DNA from: an uncultured Actinomycetes bacterium
Lineage (GTDB): Bacteria > Actinomycetota > Thermoleophilia > Solirubrobacterales > 70-9
Reading direction: 5' to 3'
Assembly (NCBI GenBank): GCA_963785175.1
Contig: CAWAUA010000002.1
Span: 43,443 to 107,442, forward strand
Length of the DNA: 64,000 bases
Below, piece by piece: positions 8,968 through 20,470 of the stretch. Position 1 is the first letter of the stretch, and the number at the start of each line of letters is the position of its first letter. The notes under the pieces are model-generated. The model saw only the letters and a program-made list of their open reading frames with translations, was not told the origin of the DNA and ran no database searches. The position numbers and the translations under genes were made by a program.

Positions 8968-9789
8968 TTACGGTACGCCGGCGGCAAAGCTGAGCGACCA
9001 GACCCTTATACCCGGGGCGGGGCGGAGTATCAGGCTGTGGGCCTCGTGGTTCGGGTGTTCGGCGAGGGCGCGCAGGCCGGGCACGGGATCTGAGGGGAGC
9101 GTGGTCCACTCGCCGTCGATCTCGACCGCGATCTCGCCCTCGCCCTCGACCGTCGCGAAGGCGCCGCCGGCCTGGTAGTCGAGCGCCAGGTCCTCACCGT
9201 CCTCGCCGGCCACCCAGGGCCGCTCGTAGGTGCCGCCGGGAAAGAACTCGGGGGTGGGAGGGATGACTCGGGCGCCTGGCCCGTCGGTCGCCCGCAGCGG
9301 CGCCATCGGCTCGGGCAGATCCTGCAGCGCATCCATCTCCCGCAGCTCGGCCTGGATCGCTTCCTCGGTCGCCCGGTATTCGCCCTCGCCGAAGTGGGCC
9401 CAGGCGAGCGAGCCGCCGAGGCTCCAGAGGAAGAGGCTCGGCCAGCCGTCGCAGCCGTAGGCACTCCAGAGCTCGTGGTCGGCATCGATCGCGACCGGGA
9501 TCTCGACCCCGAGGCGCGCGAGGCCCGCGGCCACCTGCTCAGGCTCGGCGGCGAAGGGGAAGCGCGGCGCCTGCACCCCGATCACGCTCAGGCCCGCCTC
9601 GCGGTAGCGGCGCTGCCACTCGGCCAGGTAGGGGAGGGTGCGGACGCTGTTCAGCTGCGCGTATTCAACGAAGTGGACCAACGCCGGGCCACCGGCCGTA
9701 AGGGCCGGCATCGACTCGGGTTCGGCTCCGACCCAGGCGAGGCCGGGGGGGAGGTCGGGGGCGGCGATGTTGTCGCGTCCGGGAAGCAT
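8968..9789 (-). CDS. thioredoxin-fold protein, DipZ C-terminal-like, lacking CxxC
   Basis: LVHFVEYAQLNSVRTLPYL resembles the redoxin active-site region, but the two Cys positions read Q and S. Confidence 0.55.
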   Translation of the reverse strand: MLPGRDNIAAPDLPPGLAWVGAEPESMPALTAGGPALVHFVEYAQLNSVRTLPYLAEWQRRYREAGLSVIGVQAPRFPFAAEPEQVAAGLARLGVEIPVAIDADHELWSAYGCDGWPSLFLWSLGGSLAWAHFGEGEYRATEEAIQAELREMDALQDLPEPMAPLRATDGPGARVIPPTPEFFPGGTYERPWVAGEDGEDLALDYQAGGAFATVEGEGEIAVEIDGEWTTLPSDPVPGLRALAEHPNHEAHSLILRPAPGIRVWSLSFAAGVP

Positions 9790-9825
9790 TTAGGGGAGCT
9801 TGAGGCGGGACAGTATCCTGGCCGC

Positions 9826-10077
9826 GTGTCCGGGCTCCTCACATTCCTGCTGCCGGCGCTGCCGCTGCTGGCCCTGTTGATGACGCTGCTGCTCGGCCAC
9901 TACCCCGGCTGCGAGGCGATCGTCCGCCTCTCCGAGCGGGTGGCGCGGCGCTCCGAGGCGAGCCAAGGCATGCCCCGGAGGGACTCGCAGCCGAAGCCTC
10001 CGCGCTCGTTTGCTCCCGCCGGCGGCCTCCTGATCGCCCTCAGCCTCGCCCAGCGCCCGCCTCCCCTCGCGCTCTAG
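9826..10077 (+). CDS. small hydrophobic hypothetical protein
   Basis: GTG 9826; VSGLLTFLLPALPLLALLMTLLLG is a TM-like start. Weak support. Confidence 0.3.
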   Translation: MSGLLTFLLPALPLLALLMTLLLGHYPGCEAIVRLSERVARRSEASQGMPRRDSQPKPPRSFAPAGGLLIALSLAQRPPPLAL

Positions 10078-10166
10078 CCCAACCAGAGCGGTTGCGTGGT
10101 TCCATTCGGACGCACAGAGACCGAAAGGAACCACGCGACGAGATTGTGCGAGCAAAGGAGCACGAA

Positions 10167-10544
10167 ATGAATACGAGAACCGCACTAGTCGGCGCCGGCC
10201 TGGTCATAGCGGCCGTCGTCCTCTTCATCGTCCTCGGTGGCGGCGGCAGCGACTCCAGCAGCACCAGCGACGCCGGCAAGGTGCCGACCGTCGTCGTTGA
10301 CAAGGAAGGACACCCGGTCGGAGGCATCCAGGAACTCGTCTACAAGAAGGGCGACCAGATCCACTTCAAGGTCGAAGTCCCGTTCGAAGAAGAGGTCCAC
10401 CTCCACGGATACGACGTGGCGAAGGAGGTTCCGAAGGGCGGCGGCACCGTCACCTACGACCTCCCGGCAACCATCGAAGGGGTATTCGAGGCAGAGCTCG
10501 AGGGTCACAAGGAACAGATCATCGAACTCAAAGTCGAACCGTGA
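10167..10544 (+). CDS. membrane-anchored cupredoxin-like small protein
   Basis: ATG 10167 with AAGGAG 7 nt upstream. N-terminal TM, then a beta-rich domain with HLHGYD. Confidence 0.55.
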   Translation: MNTRTALVGAGLVIAAVVLFIVLGGGGSDSSSTSDAGKVPTVVVDKEGHPVGGIQELVYKKGDQIHFKVEVPFEEEVHLHGYDVAKEVPKGGGTVTYDLPATIEGVFEAELEGHKEQIIELKVEP

Positions 10545-11935
10545 GCTTCATCCCTTTCGCCCACGCGCTGGCATCCAGGCAGGACCTTCCGGTCCCTGCC
10601 TGGCTGTTCGCGTGGGCGGCCTCGATCGTCCTCATCGTCTCGTTCTTCGCGCTCTCCGCCGCCTGGCGCGAGCCGAAGTTCGAGGACGAACAGAGGCGAC
10701 CGTTCGGCGACCGGCTCTCGCAGGCGCTGCTGAGCCTCCCGGTCCAGGCCCTCTGCGGCGCGATCGGGGTCTTCCTCCTCGGCTTCGCGATCTACGCCGG
10801 CCTGCGCGGCACCGAAGCCCCCGACCGCAACTTCGCTCTCACCTTCTTCTACGTCACCTCCTGGCTGGGCTTTCCCTTCTTCTCGGCGATCTTCGGCAAC
10901 CTCTTCCGGCCCTTCAGCCCTTGGCGGGCGATCGGCCGCACGGTCGGCGGCGCCTTTGAGGCGATCGCCGGTGAGGCTCCCGCGCACCTGCGCTATCCCG
11001 AGCGGCTCGGCCGCTGGCCGGCGGCGATTGGCCTGCTCGCCGTCGTCTGGCTCGAGGTCGTCTACGGCGGTGGCGCCGGCGTCGCCGTCGGCCTCTCGCC
11101 CGAACCCGTCGCCATCGCCGCCCTCCTCTACAGCGCCTACACGTTGGCGATGATGGCCGCCTTCGGGGTCGAGACCTGGTGCCAGCGTGGCGAGATCTTC
11201 TCCGTCTATTTCGGGATGTTCGGCCGGCTGGGGATCTTCGGCAGCGACGACTCGGGAAGGCTGGTCCGCCGGCGGCCCTTCTCCGCGGCGACGAGCTGGG
11301 CAGTCATCCCGGGCTCGGCGGCCGTCGTCCTCGCCTCGATTGCTAGCACCAGCTTCGACGGCGCCAAAGACGGCGCCTACCAAGACCTGATCGAAAGGGT
11401 GACCGGTTGGTTCGCGGAAGCCGGCACCTCCCTCGCCGCGGTCCGGGCCACCGACACGATCTTTCTGCTGCTTACCTTCGCCGGGGTCGGGTTGATCTAC
11501 CTGCTCGGCGTGCGCGGAATGCGCACCGTCCCCGGCGCCCCCTCCTTCGCCAAGCTCCGCGTCGGTTTCTCCCACACCTTGATCCCGATCGCCCTCGCCT
11601 ACCTTGTCGCGCACTACTTCAGCCTCTTCGTCTTCCAGGAGCAGGCCCAGTTCGCCTACCTGCTCTCGGACCCCCTAGGCACGGGGCACACCGACCTCTT
11701 CGGCACCGCAGGCGCCGGTGTCGACTACAACGTCCTCAGCGCCAACGCGATCTGGTACGTCCAGGTCGGCGCCCTCGTCATCGGCCACGTGATCGGCTTG
11801 ATGCTCGCCCACGACCGCGCCCTCGTCTACTGGCCCGACTACCGCAAGGCCACCGCCTCCCAGTACTGGATGCTCGCAGTAATGGTCGCCTTCACCTGCT
11901 TCGGCCTCTACCTACTCTCGGTAGCCAACGGGTAA
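10541..11935 (+). CDS. polytopic membrane protein, unknown function
   Basis: 464 aa with many hydrophobic segments. GTG overlaps the stop of the upstream gene (GTGA). Confidence 0.65.
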   Translation: MSFIPFAHALASRQDLPVPAWLFAWAASIVLIVSFFALSAAWREPKFEDEQRRPFGDRLSQALLSLPVQALCGAIGVFLLGFAIYAGLRGTEAPDRNFALTFFYVTSWLGFPFFSAIFGNLFRPFSPWRAIGRTVGGAFEAIAGEAPAHLRYPERLGRWPAAIGLLAVVWLEVVYGGGAGVAVGLSPEPVAIAALLYSAYTLAMMAAFGVETWCQRGEIFSVYFGMFGRLGIFGSDDSGRLVRRRPFSAATSWAVIPGSAAVVLASIASTSFDGAKDGAYQDLIERVTGWFAEAGTSLAAVRATDTIFLLLTFAGVGLIYLLGVRGMRTVPGAPSFAKLRVGFSHTLIPIALAYLVAHYFSLFVFQEQAQFAYLLSDPLGTGHTDLFGTAGAGVDYNVLSANAIWYVQVGALVIGHVIGLMLAHDRALVYWPDYRKATASQYWMLAVMVAFTCFGLYLLSVANG

Positions 11936-11946
11936 AAGCAGCCGAG

Positions 11947-12078
11947 ATGCTCCCCCTAGCCCACGTAGGCCACTACCTATGGATCCTCTACGTTTTGCCT
12001 GTGATGATCGTGGTAGTGGGAATAGCGAAAACTGCGATTTCAGAGCGCCGCAGGGGCCGTGGGGCGGGCCGACGGTGA
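11947..12078 (+). CDS. small membrane protein (43 aa)
   Basis: MLPLAHVGHYLWILYVLPVMIVVVGIA then a basic tail. Its end overlaps the next gene's GTG. Confidence 0.3.
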   Translation: MLPLAHVGHYLWILYVLPVMIVVVGIAKTAISERRRGRGAGRR

Positions 12079-13073
12079 ACCCGCCGTTGCGCTTCGCCGT
12101 CGCTGCGGCATGCTTGCTTACGGCGCTCAGCCTGTCCACCGGGGCTGCTTCCGGGGAAATCTCCTTCGGCGAAGGCTGCGAGTACGTCGAGGCGGGGCCG
12201 CCTGGCCCGAAGGGAAACCGGCTGCTGGTGGTTGGATACGGCGAACCCCAGCTGCGTCGCAGCGGCGATGCCCTGGTTGTGCGCGAAGGTCCGATCGGCT
12301 GCGGCCGGACGCGGGTCCCGGTTGACTCGGTCGATCGTGTTGTGATCAAGGCCGAAGGCGGAAACGTCGCCATCGACGAGCGCGGCGGGCGCTTCGGTCC
12401 GGGCGCGACTCCTGAGAGGAGTGGTGCGGAGATCGAGATCGATGTAAGCGAAGTAGATGTTTTTAGCCTGTACCGCGGCCCTCGTGACAGCGTGACCCGG
12501 ATCGGGGTGGGTGCCGATGACACCGTCGCCTTCAACTTGAACCCCGCGGGTGACGGCCGCCGGGGCGATGCCGACGTGTTGATGTCGAAAGCCGAACTGC
12601 GGAGGTTCAAGGTGTTCGCTGAAGGGGGAGACGACTTGATCGACGCCCGGCGGCTGACCGGGATCCCCGACAACCACATCGGGTTTCCGGTCATCCGCCT
12701 CAACGGCGGACCCGGACGAGACGGGCTCCTCGGAGGCCGCGAGGCAGAGGGGTTGTACGACGGCCCCGGAGACGACCTCATCCGCGCAGGCGGGGGCGAC
12801 GACCAGGTCGAGTTCGGCCCCGGACACGACACCGTCTACGGGGGCAGGGGGGACGACGGGCTCGTTTATACCTCGCCGCTTGAAGTCGCTGGTGGACACC
12901 GCGACGCGGCGGACCGGCTCTTCGCGGGTCCCGGCGCCGACGTGATCCAGGACGACAACGGGTTCCCGGACGTGATCCGTTGCGGCCCCGGCAGCGATCT
13001 CCTCGACGCTCACGGCCGCGATCGTGGCCGTGACTGCGAGAAGGTCCGCCACGGGCGTGGCGACCTGATCTAG
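12075..13073 (+). CDS. secreted calcium-binding (RTX-type GGxGxD repeat) protein
   Basis: Signal-like AAACLLTALSLSTGAASG. C-terminal repeats GGPGRDGL, GPGDDLI, GGGDDQV, GRGDDGL. Confidence 0.65.
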   Translation: MNPPLRFAVAAACLLTALSLSTGAASGEISFGEGCEYVEAGPPGPKGNRLLVVGYGEPQLRRSGDALVVREGPIGCGRTRVPVDSVDRVVIKAEGGNVAIDERGGRFGPGATPERSGAEIEIDVSEVDVFSLYRGPRDSVTRIGVGADDTVAFNLNPAGDGRRGDADVLMSKAELRRFKVFAEGGDDLIDARRLTGIPDNHIGFPVIRLNGGPGRDGLLGGREAEGLYDGPGDDLIRAGGGDDQVEFGPGHDTVYGGRGDDGLVYTSPLEVAGGHRDAADRLFAGPGADVIQDDNGFPDVIRCGPGSDLLDAHGRDRGRDCEKVRHGRGDLI

Positions 13074-13079
13074 GAGGAG

Positions 13080-14240
13080 CTAGAGAATCTCGGCGAGGCG
13101 AGTCTCAAGTGCCTCGGAGATGCTGTCCCGCACCGTCCCCTCAGCCAACCGTTCAACCAGGGACTCGAGAAAGCCTTCGATGATCAAAGCCTTGGCCGCC
13201 TCGTCATCGAGGCCGCGGGAGGTGAGGTAGAAGAGCTGCTCCTTGTCAACCTGAGCGATCGCCGCGGCGTGGGTGCAGCGGACGTCGTCGGCGAGGATCT
13301 CGAGGCCCGGGATCGCGTCGGCGTGGGCCTCGGGGGAGAGCAGCAGGTTGCGGCTCTCCTGGAAGGCGTCGGTCTGCTGGGCGCCGGGATCGACCTTGAT
13401 CATCCCGCGCCAGACCGCCGTCGAGCCGGCGGCGAGGACGCCGCGGAAAGCGAGGTCGGAGTTGGTGTTCGGCGCCGCGTGCTCCTGCAGGGTGTCGAAG
13501 TCGAGGTGCTGGCCGGGGCCGCCGGCGTAGCCGCCGGTAACGCGGGCCTCGGAGCCCGGTCCGGCGAGCTTGGTCTCCATCCGCACCTTGCCGCGGGCCG
13601 AGCCGAAGCCGAGGGCGGCCCAGTCGAGGCGGCCGTCGCGCTGCACCTCGGCGCGCTGGGTGGCGAAGATCCAGGCCCGCTCGGAGATGTCCTGGGTGTT
13701 GACGTAGCGCAGGGTCGCGGCCTGGCCGAGGGCCAACTCGACCACGGTGTTCAGTACCGCGTCGATGTCGTCCGAAGGCGAAGACCAGTGCTCCCAGACC
13801 TCCGCTTCGGCGCCCTCCTCGAGCACGATCAGCGTCCGCCAGTTGATCGCCGAGCCCGTCGCGTCGACAGGCAGCTCGATCTGGATCGGCTCGTTCAGTC
13901 GCACGCCTTTGGGGACATGGATCAGCACGCCGTCGCGCCAGCTCGCCTCGTTGCGGGCGACGAACGGGTCTTCGACCGGCACCAGTGAGCCGAGCCGCTC
14001 GTGCAGCAGATCGCCGTGGCTGCCGAGCGCCTCGCTCAGCGGCAGGACGGTCGCAGCCTCGGCCCCGGAGACCACCGGCGACGCGCTCGCCTCCTCGTAG
14101 GCCTCCAGGTCGAGCCCGGAGAGGTCGGTGAATTCCCAGCCCTTCGCCTTCTGGTCGGGAAGGGGGAGCTCCTGCGCGAGAGAGGCGCCCTTCCGGCGCC
14201 TCTCCTCTAGCCAGGCCGGTTGCGTCGCGAGCTCAGCCAA
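13080..14240 (-). CDS. sufD: Fe-S cluster assembly protein SufD
   Basis: 386 aa. The C-terminal [37 protein letters not shown] block is typical of SufD. Confidence 0.9.
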   Translation of the reverse strand: MAELATQPAWLEERRRKGASLAQELPLPDQKAKGWEFTDLSGLDLEAYEEASASPVVSGAEAATVLPLSEALGSHGDLLHERLGSLVPVEDPFVARNEASWRDGVLIHVPKGVRLNEPIQIELPVDATGSAINWRTLIVLEEGAEAEVWEHWSSPSDDIDAVLNTVVELALGQAATLRYVNTQDISERAWIFATQRAEVQRDGRLDWAALGFGSARGKVRMETKLAGPGSEARVTGGYAGGPGQHLDFDTLQEHAAPNTNSDLAFRGVLAAGSTAVWRGMIKVDPGAQQTDAFQESRNLLLSPEAHADAIPGLEILADDVRCTHAAAIAQVDKEQLFYLTSRGLDDEAAKALIIEGFLESLVERLAEGTVRDSISEALETRLAEIL

Positions 14241-15666
14241 TTGAGCCCTCCATTTGAAGCTCTATGAGCCGGTTGAGCTCGACCGCGTACTCCATCGGCA
14301 GCTCCTTGGTCACCGGCTCGATGAAGCCGTTGACGATCATCTTCGAGGCCTCCTCCTCGTCGAGCCCGCGGCTCTGCAGGTAGAAGAGCTGCTCGTCGCC
14401 GATTTTGGAGACGGTCGCCTCGTGGCCGATGTCGGCGTCGTTCTCGTCGATCCGGATCGTCGGGTAGGTGTCCGAGCGCGAGTCCTCGTCGAGGAGCAGC
14501 GCGTCGCAGACCACCTTCGAGCGCGATTCGCTCGCCCCGTCGGCGACTTCGAGCAGGCCGCGGTAGGTCGCCCGGCCGCCGTCTTTGGAGATCGACTTGG
14601 AGAAGATCGAGGACGAGGTCCGCGGCGCCGCATGGATGATCTTGCCGCCGGCGTCCTGATGCTGGCCCTCACCGGCAAAGGCGATCGAGAGGATCTCGCC
14701 GTGGGCTTCGGGCCCGAGCAGGTAGATCGACGGGTACTTCATCGTCAGTTTCGAGCCGAGGTTGCAGTCGACCCACTCCATCGTCGCCTTCTCGTGCGCG
14801 ACCGCGCGCTTGGTGACGAGGTTGAAGACGTTCTGCGACCAGTTCTGGACGGTCGTGTAACGAACTCGCGAGCTCTTGTTGGCGACGATCTCGACCACGG
14901 CCGAGTGCAGCGAGTCGCTGGAGTAGACCGGCGCCGTGCATCCCTCGATGTAGTGGACATCGGCGCCCTCCTCGCAGATGATCAGCGTGCGCTCGAACTG
15001 GCCCATGTTCTCGGTGTTGATCCGGAAGTAGGCCTGCAGCGGCATCTCGACTTTGACCCCGGCAGGGACGTAGACGAACGAGCCGCCCGACCAGACCGCG
15101 CTGTTCAGCGCCGCCAGTTTGTTGTCGTTCGGCGGGATGATCGTCGCCCAGTGCTCGCGCACCAGGTCCTCGTGCTCACGCAGGGCGGTGTCCATGTCGG
15201 TGAAGATCACGCCCTGGGCCTCGAGCTTCTCGTTCACCTGGTGGTAGACGACCTCGGACTCGTACTGGGCGCCGACGCCGGAGAGGAATTTGCGCTCGGC
15301 CTCGGGGATCCCGAGGCGGTCGAAGGTGTTTTTGATGTCCTCGGGGACCTCGCTCCAGTCGCGGCTGTTCTTCTCCGAGGCGCGGACGAAGTAGTGGATG
15401 TCGTCGAAGTCGATCTGGTCGAGGTCGCCGCCCCATTGCGGAGTCGGGCGGCTTTCGAAGTGCTCCAGCGCCTTCAGCCGGAAGTCACGCATCCACTTCG
15501 GCTCTTCCTTGAAGTCGGAGATCGTTTCGACGACCTCGCGGGAGAGGCCCTTCGGGGCTTTGTAGGCGTAGCCGGACTCCGAGTCGTGGAAGCCGAACTT
15601 CTCTTTGTAGTCGGCGTTGATGCCGGCCAGCTCGCGTTTCTCGGCGAGTACCTCGGGCGTTGCCAT
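14233..15666 (-). CDS. sufB: Fe-S cluster assembly protein SufB
   Basis: 477 aa. [25 protein letters not shown] and overall length match SufB. Confidence 0.95.
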   Translation of the reverse strand: MATPEVLAEKRELAGINADYKEKFGFHDSESGYAYKAPKGLSREVVETISDFKEEPKWMRDFRLKALEHFESRPTPQWGGDLDQIDFDDIHYFVRASEKNSRDWSEVPEDIKNTFDRLGIPEAERKFLSGVGAQYESEVVYHQVNEKLEAQGVIFTDMDTALREHEDLVREHWATIIPPNDNKLAALNSAVWSGGSFVYVPAGVKVEMPLQAYFRINTENMGQFERTLIICEEGADVHYIEGCTAPVYSSDSLHSAVVEIVANKSSRVRYTTVQNWSQNVFNLVTKRAVAHEKATMEWVDCNLGSKLTMKYPSIYLLGPEAHGEILSIAFAGEGQHQDAGGKIIHAAPRTSSSIFSKSISKDGGRATYRGLLEVADGASESRSKVVCDALLLDEDSRSDTYPTIRIDENDADIGHEATVSKIGDEQLFYLQSRGLDEEEASKMIVNGFIEPVTKELPMEYAVELNRLIELQMEGSIG

Positions 15667-15667
15667 T

Positions 15668-15997
15668 TCAGTCGACCTCCAGAGTGATGGTGTCGTCCTC
15701 GATCGCTACCGGGAACGTTTGTACCGGCTGGAAAGCTGGGAGCGTCTTCGGCCTACCGGTGCTGAGGTCGAAGAGGGAACCGTGGCGGGGGCACTCGACC
15801 GTGCAGGTGGCCGGGTCGAACTCACCCTCGGCCAGCGGCCCGTTGTCGTGCGAGCAGCGGTCCTCGATCGCGTAAAGCGTGCCGTCGCAGTTGAAGACCC
15901 CGATCTTCTGACCGTCGTGCTCGACCAGGCGCATCTCCCCGGGCGACAGCTCGGTCGCCGGGCAGACGGGGATCTTGGTTCCAGCGGTGTCGGTCAA
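15668..15997 (-). CDS. Rieske (2Fe-2S) ferredoxin
   Basis: CSHDNGPL and CPRHGSLF Rieske ligand boxes. Stop is 1 nt before the sufB start. Confidence 0.85.
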   Translation of the reverse strand: MTDTAGTKIPVCPATELSPGEMRLVEHDGQKIGVFNCDGTLYAIEDRCSHDNGPLAEGEFDPATCTVECPRHGSLFDLSTGRPKTLPAFQPVQTFPVAIEDDTITLEVD

Positions 15998-16233
15998 GAG
16001 AGGGGTGCTCCAGTCGCCGCGATGCGGCAGTGGCTAGTGCGGATCGAGACTTAATCCTACTTACAAGGTCGGATTTTAGCGGGACGCCCCGACCGGCAGG
16101 GGGGCGTCTGACTTCAGGGCCCGTATACGAGGGCCGAAGTCAGACACGTCCTGGGCTTTCACAAGGAAGCGATGAGTTCGTGACGGAACTGTGGTCTTAT
16201 CTGCAGCAGACCCTTCGAAGAGAGGAACGAGAG

Positions 16234-17016
16234 ATGAGCGAGAGGACCAGCTACGCACCGGGGACGCCCTGCTGGGTGGACCTGGCGACGCCGGACTTGG
16301 ATGCGGCGGAGAAGTTCTACGGCCCGCTGCTGGGCTGGGAGATTCCCGAGCTGCCGAACTCGGCCGAAATGGGCGGCTACCGGCGGGCGAAAAAGAACGG
16401 CAAGGATGTCGCCGGGGCGATGCCGCTGATGCAGGAGGGACAGCCGCCAGCCTGGAGCACCTACATCGCGGTCGCCGATGCAGACGCCACCGCGGCGGCC
16501 GTGAAGGAGGCCGGGGGGTCGGTGATCTCCGAGCCGATGGACGTGATGGGCCTCGGGCGGATGGCGGTCTTCGCCGACCCGGAGGGCGGTGTCTTCGGGA
16601 TCTGGCAGCCGGGGACGTTCGCCGGCGCCGAGCTGGTCAACGAGCCGGGGGCGTTCTCCTGGAACGAGCTCAACACCGGCAGCGCCGAGGCGGCGAAGAG
16701 CTTCTACGGCAGCGTCTTCGGCTGGGAGTTCGAAGACCGGGAGAGCGAGAACGCCGACAGCTACGTGATCTGCATGGTCGACGGCGACCGCGTCGCCGGG
16801 ATGCTGGAGATGTCCGGCCGGGTCCCCAGCGAGGTGCCGCCGCACTGGAACACCTACTTCACCGTCGAGGACACCGAGGCGGCGATCGAGCAGGTCAAGG
16901 CGGGTGGCGGCGACAATGTCATGGGCCCGATGGACGTCGAGGTCGGCCGCATCGCGGTCGTCCACGACCCCTGGGGCGCGATCTTCTCCGTGATCCGCCT
17001 GAACGAGACCGCCTAG
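16234..17016 (+). CDS. two-domain VOC/glyoxalase-family protein
   Basis: Start at ATG 16234 (MSERTSYAPGTPCWVDL). Two repeats with the pattern ...FYG..FGWE.... Confidence 0.75.
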   Translation: MSERTSYAPGTPCWVDLATPDLDAAEKFYGPLLGWEIPELPNSAEMGGYRRAKKNGKDVAGAMPLMQEGQPPAWSTYIAVADADATAAAVKEAGGSVISEPMDVMGLGRMAVFADPEGGVFGIWQPGTFAGAELVNEPGAFSWNELNTGSAEAAKSFYGSVFGWEFEDRESENADSYVICMVDGDRVAGMLEMSGRVPSEVPPHWNTYFTVEDTEAAIEQVKAGGGDNVMGPMDVEVGRIAVVHDPWGAIFSVIRLNETA

Positions 17017-17023
17017 GCTTCAC

Positions 17024-17068
17024 CGAGTCCGCAAAAAAGCATCTTCAAGTTGCTTTTTTGCGGACTCG
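17024..17068. terminator. 18-bp-stem bidirectional terminator with A/T tracts
   Basis: CGAGTCCGCAAAAAAGCA (17024-17041) pairs with TGCTTTTTTGCGGACTCG (17051-17068) between convergent genes. Confidence 0.8.
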
Positions 17069-17506
17069 CTAAATCTGGCGGAGGTCGGCGACCGCTTCCG
17101 AGGGGTCGCCGGTCTCGCCCTCGTCCTCCCATTCGGCCGACTGCCCGAGGGAGGCGCTCTTGACGATCTTCAGGCCCAGCATCGCGCACTTCATCCGGGT
17201 CGCAGAGATCTCGATCCCGAGCAACTCGAGGACGAAGTCTTTCGGCAGCTTCAGCAGCTCGTCGCGACTCATCCCGACCAGCTCGTCGGTCAGCAGCGAG
17301 GTGGCAGCGGTGGAGATCGCGCAGCCTTTGCCCTCGAAGGCGATCGCCGCGACTTTTTCGTCCGCGTCGAGTTTGATCGTCACGTGCTGCTCATCTCCGC
17401 AAAACGGATTGGTGTCCTCGAACTCGAGATCGGGTTGCTCGACGCGGCCGAAGTTGTGCGGCCGCTTGTAGTGCTCGAGGATCTGGTCGCGGTAGAGCTC
17501 GTCCAT
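17069..17506 (-). CDS. sufU: SufU/IscU-type Fe-S scaffold / sulfur acceptor
   Basis: ILEHYKRPHNFG, NPFCGDE, GKGCAIS and RMKCAML conserved Cys blocks. Confidence 0.9.
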   Translation of the reverse strand: MDELYRDQILEHYKRPHNFGRVEQPDLEFEDTNPFCGDEQHVTIKLDADEKVAAIAFEGKGCAISTAATSLLTDELVGMSRDELLKLPKDFVLELLGIEISATRMKCAMLGLKIVKSASLGQSAEWEDEGETGDPSEAVADLRQI

Positions 17507-17548
17507 GCTTCGAGGCTAGCGAAGCGGCCAACGGGGAAGGGGTAGAGG

Positions 17549-18391
17549 ATGAGGATTGTCGCGTCGATACTGATTGCAGCCGCACTGCTCCTTGCCGCCG
17601 GATCGGCGCGGGCGGAAACCACGCTCTACGTCGGCGACACGAAGGACTACGCAATCGCCTTCAAAAGCGAAGAAGCGCGACTCTTCGTCATCGAGCTCGC
17701 CGGCACGACCAGCTGCTACTACACCGAACCATTCGAAGCACTTGGCTCGGGCGGCTTCAGTGCCTTCGCGGCGCCGACGTTGTTGACCAGCGAAGGGGAA
17801 GGCCCGCGTGCATACGGCTCCGGCCGCGGCTCTTCCCGGGTCCGGGGGAAACTCGAGGGCGAAGTGGTGCGCGGCGATTTCGAATACTCGGAAAGCGAAC
17901 TCAGCTACCACTGCGACACCGGCTTCACGCCGAAGCCGTTCGAGGCTCCACGCTACGAACCTGTCGGAAGCGGAGGGGCTCCGGTGAGCGGCGAAAGGCC
18001 CGTCTACTACGGGAGCGACGCCTCGACCGAGGTCTTCCTGCGCGTGATCAACGGGCAGGCGGGCGGAATCCGGGGAACCTTTGTGCCGCGGTGTCGGGTC
18101 GCCAGGTCGACGAAGGTTCCCCCCAGGCGCACGCTCTTCGACGGTCCCTCCGCCTTCACCAAGCTGGGCGAGGACGGCAGCTTCGAGACGAAAGACGTTG
18201 AAGAAGGGTGGCTGCGCTCCGGGGCTCACTACAAGGAAAAGATTTCGCTCACCGGGACCGTTGCGGAGGATGCAGTCGCCGGTACCTACCTTCGCATCCG
18301 CAGGACGAAGTCCAAGGGGAAGCCGGTTCGCCGGTGCGTAAACGGCCCCCTCACCTTCCGCGCGGTTCGCTACCTGCCGGCGGTCGGCTAG
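17549..18391 (+). CDS. secreted hypothetical protein
   Basis: Clear signal peptide MRIVASILIAAALLLAAGSARAE. No recognisable domain. Opposite strand to the suf genes. Confidence 0.6.
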   Translation: MRIVASILIAAALLLAAGSARAETTLYVGDTKDYAIAFKSEEARLFVIELAGTTSCYYTEPFEALGSGGFSAFAAPTLLTSEGEGPRAYGSGRGSSRVRGKLEGEVVRGDFEYSESELSYHCDTGFTPKPFEAPRYEPVGSGGAPVSGERPVYYGSDASTEVFLRVINGQAGGIRGTFVPRCRVARSTKVPPRRTLFDGPSAFTKLGEDGSFETKDVEEGWLRSGAHYKEKISLTGTVAEDAVAGTYLRIRRTKSKGKPVRRCVNGPLTFRAVRYLPAVG

Positions 18392-19656
18392 AGCCCGAAG
18401 ACCCGGCGCGCATCTTCGAGCCCGTCGACCAGGCGGTCGATCTCCTCGGTCGTCGTGTAGACGCCGAAGCTGGCGCGGGCGGTGGCGGCGATCTCCAGCC
18501 GGTCCATCAGCACCTGGGCGCAGTGGTGGCCGGCGCGGACGGCGACGCCGTGGCGGTCGAGGATCTCGGAGACGTCGTGGGCGTGGATGCCCTCGATCTC
18601 GAAGGAGACCGGGCCGAGGCGGCCCTCGCCGCGGGGCGGGCCGAAGACGCGCAGGCCCGGCACCTCGGCGACTCGCTCGAGCGCGTGGTCGGCGATCTGC
18701 TCCTCGTGCTCGCGCACCGCATCCATCCCGACCATGTCGAGCCAGCGGAAGGCGGATGCCATCCCGATCGCCTGGGCGATCGCCGGCGTCCCCGCCTCGA
18801 AGCGCGCCGGCGGGTCGGCGTAGGTCGTGCCCTCGCGGGTCACCTTGCGGATCATCGAGCCGCCGCCGAGGAAGGGCGGCATCTCGCGCAGCAGGTCCAG
18901 CCTGGTCCAGAGGACGCCGATCCCCGTCGGCGCATAGAGCTTGTGGCCGGTGATCGCGTAGAAGTCGGCGCCTAGATCGGCCATATCGAGTGGCATCTTC
19001 GGCGCCGACTGAGCGCCGTCGACCAGCAGCTTGGCGCCGGCGGCGTGACTCAGCCGGGCGATCTCGGCGATCGGGTTCTCGGTTCCCAGGACGTTGGAGA
19101 CGTGGGCGACGGCGACCAGCTTCGGGCCGCGCTCCAGCAGCGTCGCGAAGGCGTCCATGTCGAGCAGGCCCTCGTCGTCGATCGGCGCCCACTCGATCTC
19201 GGCCCCGACCCGCTCGGCCAGCTGCTGCCAGGGGACGATGTTCGAGTGGTGCTCCATCTCGGTCAGCACGATGCGGTCGCCCGCCCCGACGTTGGCGTCA
19301 CCCCAGGCGCGCGCCACCAGGTTGATCGCCTCGGTCGCGTTGCGGACGAAGACGACCTCGCGCCGGTCGGCGGCGCCGATGTGGTCGGCGACCGTGGCCC
19401 GCGCCCCCTCGTAGGCTTCGGTCGCCTCGGCCGAGAGGGTGTGGGAGCCGCGGTGGACGTTGGAGTGGTGGCGCCGCTCGTAGCGATCGACCGCCTGGAT
19501 CGAGGCCAGCACCCGCTGGGAGCTGGCGCCGCTGTCGAGGTAGGCGACCGGCTGGCCGTTGACCTCGCGCTCCAGTGCCGGGAAGGCGGCCCGGATCTTC
19601 TCGATGGAGAACGGCGCCACCGTTGCTGCGGGGCTCTTGGCGCTCACCGGCTCCAT
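18388..19656 (-). CDS. sufS: cysteine desulfurase SufS
   Basis: Start moved to ATG 19656, 10 nt after the sufC stop. Class-V aminotransferase strings, TGHKLYAPTGIG (PLP Lys) and RAGHHCAQ. Confidence 0.9.
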   Translation of the reverse strand: MEPVSAKSPAATVAPFSIEKIRAAFPALEREVNGQPVAYLDSGASSQRVLASIQAVDRYERRHHSNVHRGSHTLSAEATEAYEGARATVADHIGAADRREVVFVRNATEAINLVARAWGDANVGAGDRIVLTEMEHHSNIVPWQQLAERVGAEIEWAPIDDEGLLDMDAFATLLERGPKLVAVAHVSNVLGTENPIAEIARLSHAAGAKLLVDGAQSAPKMPLDMADLGADFYAITGHKLYAPTGIGVLWTRLDLLREMPPFLGGGSMIRKVTREGTTYADPPARFEAGTPAIAQAIGMASAFRWLDMVGMDAVREHEEQIADHALERVAEVPGLRVFGPPRGEGRLGPVSFEIEGIHAHDVSEILDRHGVAVRAGHHCAQVLMDRLEIAATARASFGVYTTTEEIDRLVDGLEDARRVFGL

Positions 19657-19666
19657 TTCGACGAGG

Positions 19667-20437
<771 letters not shown>

Positions 20438-20470
20438 TTTCGCTCCGTTTCTGGGGGTTAATCGAAGTTC

